IMG/VR virus record: IMGVR_UViG_3300032093_008018
Span: 18,559 to 82,558 of that record
DNA: 64,000 nt
Source of the DNA: a virus
Lineage: Duplodnaviria; Heunggongvirae; Uroviricota; Caudoviricetes
Reading direction: 5' to 3' (one strand)
In this document: one piece after another, positions 59,194-64,000 of the stretch
Layout of the letters: every line of letters starts with the position of its first letter
How positions within the stretch are numbered: the stretch's first letter is position 1
Notes under the pieces: model-generated
Databases searched by the model: none
Told to the model about the DNA's origin: nothing
Seen by the model: only the letters and a program-made list of their open reading frames with translations
Made by a program: the position numbers and the translations under genes

Positions 59194-60606
59194 TTAAAAA
59201 CTTAGTTGGCTTCTAAACATAACAGCACGTTCGCCGTTTACACGACTACCTGAACTGCCTACTAGACTATCAAATTTTGTGTCTACATAATTTAACATAA
59301 AACGTAGGTTGTCTGTGCAGAACCAGGTAACACCATATGTCATAGCAGTAGCACGATTTGATTTGCCGGTAGCTACAGTAATGTCACTGGCATCAAACTC
59401 ACTCATACGTACACCAACTTGCCATGCACCACGACCACCTTTGTCCAAAGGATTAGCAGGTTTGATCCAACCAAATGCGCCATCTTTATATGAGTGTGAC
59501 TCACCTGTTAGATTATACACAGCTTGCACATAGTATCCATTTATTTTCTGATCGTTACCTGTTGCAGGATCATAATTAAATTGAAAATGTTCGCCTTGCA
59601 CCTTAAATGCATTATAAGCAAATGCAGCTTCGAGGCCTTGACGTGTTCTTGTAGTTGCACCGCTAAGAGCAGATCCTGTAAACCATCCTGATTGCATACG
59701 TGATTCTGTTCTACCACTTGCTGGAGCTACACCGCTTTTGATTTCACCTGTACTATAAGCGGCACCTAAATGTGCTGTATATGCTTTGCTTCCGGTTAGT
59801 TCAGCGATGTTTGTAGTTACACGACTAATGTAGTCAAAGCCATCAAACTCGGCACTCTTATTGCTCTTACCTCTGCTTAATGCTAGAGCGTATGTTAAGC
59901 CAGGCTTAGGAATACCATGTAACATAAATCCAGTTTCTTTAGCAGGTATAAACTCTGTATCATTTTGACCAATTAAACTGCGTTCCATAAAGTCAAGATT
60001 GTTTGAACTTGTTAACTGCTCAAGACTGAATGGCATCTTGAATAAACCAAATTGAAACTGTGCTTCTGGATTTGCAGCATAGTTGACCCACATTTCATCT
60101 GCTGTACTCGATGTTGAACTAAAACCATCACTGGCACCAAAGTTTGCTAATAATTGATATTTGAAATCTTTGGCAAACTGACCTCTTACTCCAAATCTGG
60201 CTCGTCGTGCTTCAGCAGTATTCTGGTACGAATCTGTGGTTTGACCTGTACCGTAATCCGGGGAGTACTGACGATAGTCCATATGTAGTCGACCTGTAAG
60301 CTGGACGGTGTTGCCGCCATCTTTGCTTTTGAGTCCAATTCCGTTTTCTGTGACTGATCCGTCATTAACTCTGGCCTGTCTGTATTTGACTGAGTCGCTG
60401 ACATCTCTGTCAATTCTCTGTTCAATAAACTTTTTGTTTTCTTCTTTTTCTTCATATTCTTTAAGTTTAATATCATATTCTTTCTGTGTAAGAATATTTT
60501 TATTTTTTAGAATTTCAAGTGTGTCTTTGTATTCGTCTGCGTGTGCAGGTGCAGGTATAAATGCTGTCACAGATGACGCCAGCATTACCTTAAGTAATGT
60601 TTTCAT
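59194..60606 (-). CDS. Phosphate-selective porin O/P family outer-membrane protein
   Basis: Signal peptide. N-terminal coiled segment then Gly/Tyr-rich beta-barrel. C-terminal 'FRSQLSF'. Adjacent to pstS. Confidence 0.55.
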   Translation of the reverse strand: MKTLLKVMLASSVTAFIPAPAHADEYKDTLEILKNKNILTQKEYDIKLKEYEEKEENKKFIEQRIDRDVSDSVKYRQARVNDGSVTENGIGLKSKDGGNTVQLTGRLHMDYRQYSPDYGTGQTTDSYQNTAEARRARFGVRGQFAKDFKYQLLANFGASDGFSSTSSTADEMWVNYAANPEAQFQFGLFKMPFSLEQLTSSNNLDFMERSLIGQNDTEFIPAKETGFMLHGIPKPGLTYALALSRGKSNKSAEFDGFDYISRVTTNIAELTGSKAYTAHLGAAYSTGEIKSGVAPASGRTESRMQSGWFTGSALSGATTRTRQGLEAAFAYNAFKVQGEHFQFNYDPATGNDQKINGYYVQAVYNLTGESHSYKDGAFGWIKPANPLDKGGRGAWQVGVRMSEFDASDITVATGKSNRATAMTYGVTWFCTDNLRFMLNYVDTKFDSLVGSSGSRVNGERAVMFRSQLSF

Positions 60607-60628
60607 TTTAAATCCTTATAAAATAGAT

Positions 60629-60648
60629 CCGCCAGTGATCACTGGCGG
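60629..60648 (-). terminator. Intrinsic terminator/attenuator hairpin between pstS and the porin gene
   Basis: CCGCCAGTGATCACTGGCGG palindrome followed by ATCTATTTTAT on the minus strand. Confidence 0.5.
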
Positions 60649-60658
60649 TGGGTACTGC

Positions 60659-61684
60659 TTACTTCCAAATAGCGTTGCTATCCTTATCTTTTAACTGAGT
60701 CTTCCAATGATTCTGTACTAATGTAATAACAGATTGTGGAAGATGTACATATTCTAAATCTGTAGCCATCTGCCCGCCGTTCTTGTAACTCCAATCAAAG
60801 AACTTAAGAACTGCACGACCTGTTAGTGCATCCTCTTGTTGCTTATGCATGAGAATGAAACTGGCACCTGTAATAGGCCAAGCGTCCTTGCCTTTTTGGT
60901 CTGTTAGCAATAGATAGAACCCTGGAGCATTTGCCCAGTCTGCACCTGCTGCCGCTGCCTTGAATGTATCATCGCTAGGCTGTACAAAGTTGCCATCACG
61001 ATTTTTGACTTGTGCGTGTGGAATCTTGTTGCGTTTAGCATAGGCATATTCTACATAACCAATACTATTTTTTAGTTGTTGGACCACAGCACTTACACCT
61101 TCATTGCCCTTACCACCTACACCCATTGGCCATTTGACTGCGGTGCCGTCTTTGACTTTATCTGCCCATTCTTTATTAGTCTTGCTTAACCAGTTAGTCC
61201 ATATAAAGGTTGTACCTGAACCATCACTGCGGTGAACCACAGAGATATTTGCATTAGGTAATTTTAATCCTGGATTGATTGCTGTGATGCTGGGATGATC
61301 CCACTTGACGATCTTACCCATATAGATGTCAGCAATAATGTCTGAGGTAAGTTTAAGTTGTCCTGCACCAATACCATCAATGTTTACAATCGGCACAACT
61401 CCGCCAATGATTGCAGGGAATTGCATTAGACCGTCTTTGTCTAATTCGTCTTGTTTTAGTGGCATGTCACTGGCGCCAAAATCTACAATCTTAGCTTTGA
61501 TTTGACGGATGCCGCCGCCTGAACCAATTGATTGATAGTTGAGTCCGATGCCTGTTGCTGCTTTATATGCTTCGGCCCATTTTGAATAGATAGGATAAGG
61601 AAATGTTGCCCCTGCTCCTGTTAGATCCGCTGCATGTGCTGAAACGGTCAATGCCGCCAGTAGTGTCAGTATGATTTTTTTCAC
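60659..61684 (-). CDS. pstS: Phosphate ABC transporter substrate-binding protein PstS (GTG start, RBS AAGGAG)
   Basis: 'GAGATFPYPIYSKWAEAYK...GSGGG...VVHRSDGSGTT' matches PstS. Confidence 0.9.
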   Translation of the reverse strand: MKKIILTLLAALTVSAHAADLTGAGATFPYPIYSKWAEAYKAATGIGLNYQSIGSGGGIRQIKAKIVDFGASDMPLKQDELDKDGLMQFPAIIGGVVPIVNIDGIGAGQLKLTSDIIADIYMGKIVKWDHPSITAINPGLKLPNANISVVHRSDGSGTTFIWTNWLSKTNKEWADKVKDGTAVKWPMGVGGKGNEGVSAVVQQLKNSIGYVEYAYAKRNKIPHAQVKNRDGNFVQPSDDTFKAAAAGADWANAPGFYLLLTDQKGKDAWPITGASFILMHKQQEDALTGRAVLKFFDWSYKNGGQMATDLEYVHLPQSVITLVQNHWKTQLKDKDSNAIWK

Positions 61685-61715
61685 TGTAATCTCCTTGTGT
61701 GAGTGAATAAAAAGA

Positions 61716-61740
61716 AAGGTACAACACTATGTTGTACCTT
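61716..61740 (-). terminator. Intrinsic terminator after ahpD, ~30 nt upstream of the pstS RBS
   Basis: AAGGTACAAC-ACTAT-GTTGTACCTT followed by TCTTTTTATT on the minus strand. Confidence 0.55.
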
Positions 61741-61780
61741 CTTATTTAAGAGACCTAAGATTACAGTTCTGTTACGGCGA

Positions 61781-62296
61781 TTAACTATTTAGTACTCTGG
61801 ATACACTGGTGATAACTGCCGCTATGCGCCCAATATCACGTAATTGTTCTACTGTATATCCTTCTTGCTTGAGTGTTTCATAATGTGCTTTCACACAAAA
61901 ATGACACTTGCCAACAATACTAGCAGATAAAGAATATGCTTCAAATCTTGCTTTAGTAGTGCCGCCATGTGTAGTAATTGCGTTCATACGCAACTGTGCC
62001 GGTAATCCTGTTAGATTAGGATCCTCAGCCATTTCAACGAATGGGTACCATACATTGTTCATGGCCATTAGACTAGCTGCGGTAACTGCTGCTTCAGCTT
62101 CTTTCTTATCTATTGCCTGACTCTGCATCCAAGTCCACAGTTTACTATTACCTGTGGCAAAAGCCGCTGCGATAGCAACAGCTTCTGCTTCTTCTTGGGG
62201 TAGAGTAGAACGCTTAACTACTGCATCAATGTTAAGACGAGTGTCTTTAGCATAGTCCGGAATAGTTTCTTTAATTTGATCTACCCAAGCAGTCAT
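61781..62296 (-). CDS. ahpD: AhpD-like alkylhydroperoxidase (carboxymuconolactone decarboxylase family; start at 'MTAWVDQIK')
   Basis: 'GKCHFCVKAHYE' CxxC...H core. The ATG overlaps the peroxiredoxin stop as TAATG. Confidence 0.7.
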   Translation of the reverse strand: MTAWVDQIKETIPDYAKDTRLNIDAVVKRSTLPQEEAEAVAIAAAFATGNSKLWTWMQSQAIDKKEAEAAVTAASLMAMNNVWYPFVEMAEDPNLTGLPAQLRMNAITTHGGTTKARFEAYSLSASIVGKCHFCVKAHYETLKQEGYTVEQLRDIGRIAAVITSVSRVLNS

Positions 62297-62829
62297 TACA
62301 GTGTCTCTCCGCCAACTGTACGGTTGCAAGCACAAAGTTCACCTGTTTGCAATGCGTCTAATACACGAAGTGTTTCTTCTGGTGAGCGACCAACATTCAA
62401 GTTGTTGACAGTAATGTGTTGGATAACATTCTCTGGATCAACAATGAATGTTGCACGAAGTGCAGCACCTGCTGGAGCATAGAATACGCCAAGCTGATCA
62501 ATAAGGCTCAATTCGTTACGCTGTGTATCAGCAAACTGAACATGTTTGATTTTTTTAAGATCTTCATGGGCTGCTTGCCATGCCAGTTTACAGAATTCGT
62601 TATCTGTTGAACCAGTTAGTAATACTGCGTCACGATCGGCAAAATCACTATTCAATTTATCGTATGCTACGATTTCTGTTGGGCATACAAATGTAAAGTC
62701 TTTTGGATAGTAAACAATTACTTTCCACTTACCTTCGTATGACTTTTCAGTAATGGTAAAGAAATCATCTTTACCAGGATTAACGCCGGTTACGGCAAAT
62801 GCTTCAATTTTATCACCAACTGTTTTCAT
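62296..62829 (-). CDS. ahpC: Peroxiredoxin (AhpC/TSA family)
   Basis: 'DFTFVCPTE' peroxidatic Cys motif. C-terminal 'CAC' resolving region. Confidence 0.9.
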   Translation of the reverse strand: MKTVGDKIEAFAVTGVNPGKDDFFTITEKSYEGKWKVIVYYPKDFTFVCPTEIVAYDKLNSDFADRDAVLLTGSTDNEFCKLAWQAAHEDLKKIKHVQFADTQRNELSLIDQLGVFYAPAGAALRATFIVDPENVIQHITVNNLNVGRSPEETLRVLDALQTGELCACNRTVGGETL

Positions 62830-62975
62830 TTTATCTCCTTAAGTGTGTGTTGAAAACGTAAAGAACAACAAGTTCTATGTATAACTATACATTTAGTTAT
62901 CCTATAAATCAAACAAAATCTATAGATTTTGTCTAATATTTTTCAATGACGATAATAGGATTTTTCAATATCAAA

Positions 62976-63866
62976 TTATCCGACAATCTGTTTAGACTTT
63001 AAACCATCTATAAATTTTTTATAAACTTCTATACCTTCGTCCCAAGAATCTACATTTACATAACTCTGTCTATCTTGCCACTTAGGTTCTAGATTAGTTT
63101 CGTTTTTAACAAATTCATTAAAACTATTTCTAAATTTATCATTATTCCATTTGCCTGCATGCCAAATGGTAACCATAAAGTAACCACTCTTACGTGGACT
63201 AATACCTACGTTGATCCCAGATCCTCCTACACCATTTGTACTGAGATATCTTGATCTTACATTCGTGAATAAACCAGGATGTTGGTCTGCTTTTTCTTGT
63301 AACATTTCTGAAAAGTCTACAGACGCTGATGTAGATCCGTTTGATGATACTCGACGAATCTTTTTATCTTTAAGCATACCTGGCCGAATCAAAGGAATGA
63401 AGTCTACATACTTTGAATTATTAACTTCAAAACATACAGCACTCATCAACCAAATCTGTACAGGTGTATTTTCATTGCACCAACGAACAAATCCTTTGAT
63501 ATGCTCATCTGCATCTTCGCAAAGTAAAATACCTTCTGAACATTCTTTTTCGTACATATAATAAAGAATCTTGCTGGCATGAATTGAATCAAGCCAGCCA
63601 GTACAATCTTGGCTTTCAATTACATACGCAACTACGTTTTCTGAATCGCGGATTACAAGATCAACACGTTTTGAATCAATCGTATGATCCTCTGGTTTGA
63701 CTGTATAATCATCGTCATAGTCTGCAGAAATAGCATTAATCAAACGTTTGGCAGTTTGAATATCTTGAGAGATGAACTTGGTGAAGGCAACTTCACCGCC
63801 AAAAAGTTCTTTAATAGAGGTACGTTTCATAAGAGTTATTATATAGTCTTTAGAATAAAAACTCAA
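62976..63866 (-). CDS. Hypothetical protein
   Basis: 296-aa ORF. No motif recognised. Confidence 0.45.
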   Translation of the reverse strand: MSFYSKDYIITLMKRTSIKELFGGEVAFTKFISQDIQTAKRLINAISADYDDDYTVKPEDHTIDSKRVDLVIRDSENVVAYVIESQDCTGWLDSIHASKILYYMYEKECSEGILLCEDADEHIKGFVRWCNENTPVQIWLMSAVCFEVNNSKYVDFIPLIRPGMLKDKKIRRVSSNGSTSASVDFSEMLQEKADQHPGLFTNVRSRYLSTNGVGGSGINVGISPRKSGYFMVTIWHAGKWNNDKFRNSFNEFVKNETNLEPKWQDRQSYVNVDSWDEGIEVYKKFIDGLKSKQIVG

Positions 63867-64000
63867 AAAAAAGTTACCGAAGTAGCCTTTGCTATATTAG
63901 GTTTAATATTCTAACTTAAATAAAAGGCATAAATATATTTGAGACTTCTTAAAGCAATTCTTTCGCTGTTAAGCCTTATATGCCAATATTATATTGGGAG

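Noticed and set aside
61685-61780. Search for a Pho box upstream of pstS
   Set aside because: No CTGTCAT-type or PyTTAAPyPy direct repeats were found. The space is occupied by a terminator hairpin and the RBS.
1-64000. CRISPR arrays, integrase/transposase/IS elements, and T4-type late promoters (TATAAATA)
   Set aside because: No spaced direct repeats typical of CRISPR. No recombinase or transposase motifs in any ORF. Only isolated partial TATAAATA matches (e.g. near 15866) without a consistent position relative to genes.

Overview
The window is gene-dense and AT-rich, with short or overlapping gene junctions and many small ORFs. It looks like part of a large marine virus (jumbo-phage-like) genome rather than a cellular chromosome. 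That is an inference from gene content; no capsid, terminase or portal gene was recognised here.

Two halves:

- Biosynthetic island (~0.1-30 kb). I did not recognise this combination as any known pathway.
  - Nine radical SAM genes: five with extra Cys-rich SPASM/twitch-like modules, plus four paralogous B12-binding (class B) enzymes, two of them a tandem duplicate.
  - About ten Asp/Asn beta-hydroxylase-like / 2OG-Fe(II) cupin genes, mostly in one tandem array.
  - A class III aminotransferase and an AGAT/StrB1-like amidinotransferase.
  - A short-chain dehydrogenase (SDR), a class I methyltransferase and a PIG-L/LmbE deacetylase.
  - Two SGNH-like hydrolases and an AdoMetDC-fold protein.
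- Auxiliary cargo (~30-64 kb), plus many small membrane or secreted proteins.
  - Translation and proteostasis genes: infA, clpP, clpS, hsp20, dnaK and ribosomal protein S21.
  - guaC and a DEDD exonuclease.
  - A heme oxygenase plus ferredoxin-dependent bilin reductase pair.
  - An SPFH protein, a DD-carboxypeptidase and a metallophosphoesterase.
  - An SleB-type hydrolase with holin- and spanin-like neighbours.
  - pstS, a phosphate-selective porin, and ahpC-ahpD.

Unlisted elements found by reading the sequence:

- A 23-aa PqqA-like precursor peptide gene with its own RBS and a downstream terminator hairpin.
- A tandem family of at least seven small proteins sharing a C-terminal 'F-NE-DA-MF-LKW' module.
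- A shared upstream element in front of dnaK and hsp20.
- Two perfect sigma70-consensus promoters.
- Several intrinsic terminators.
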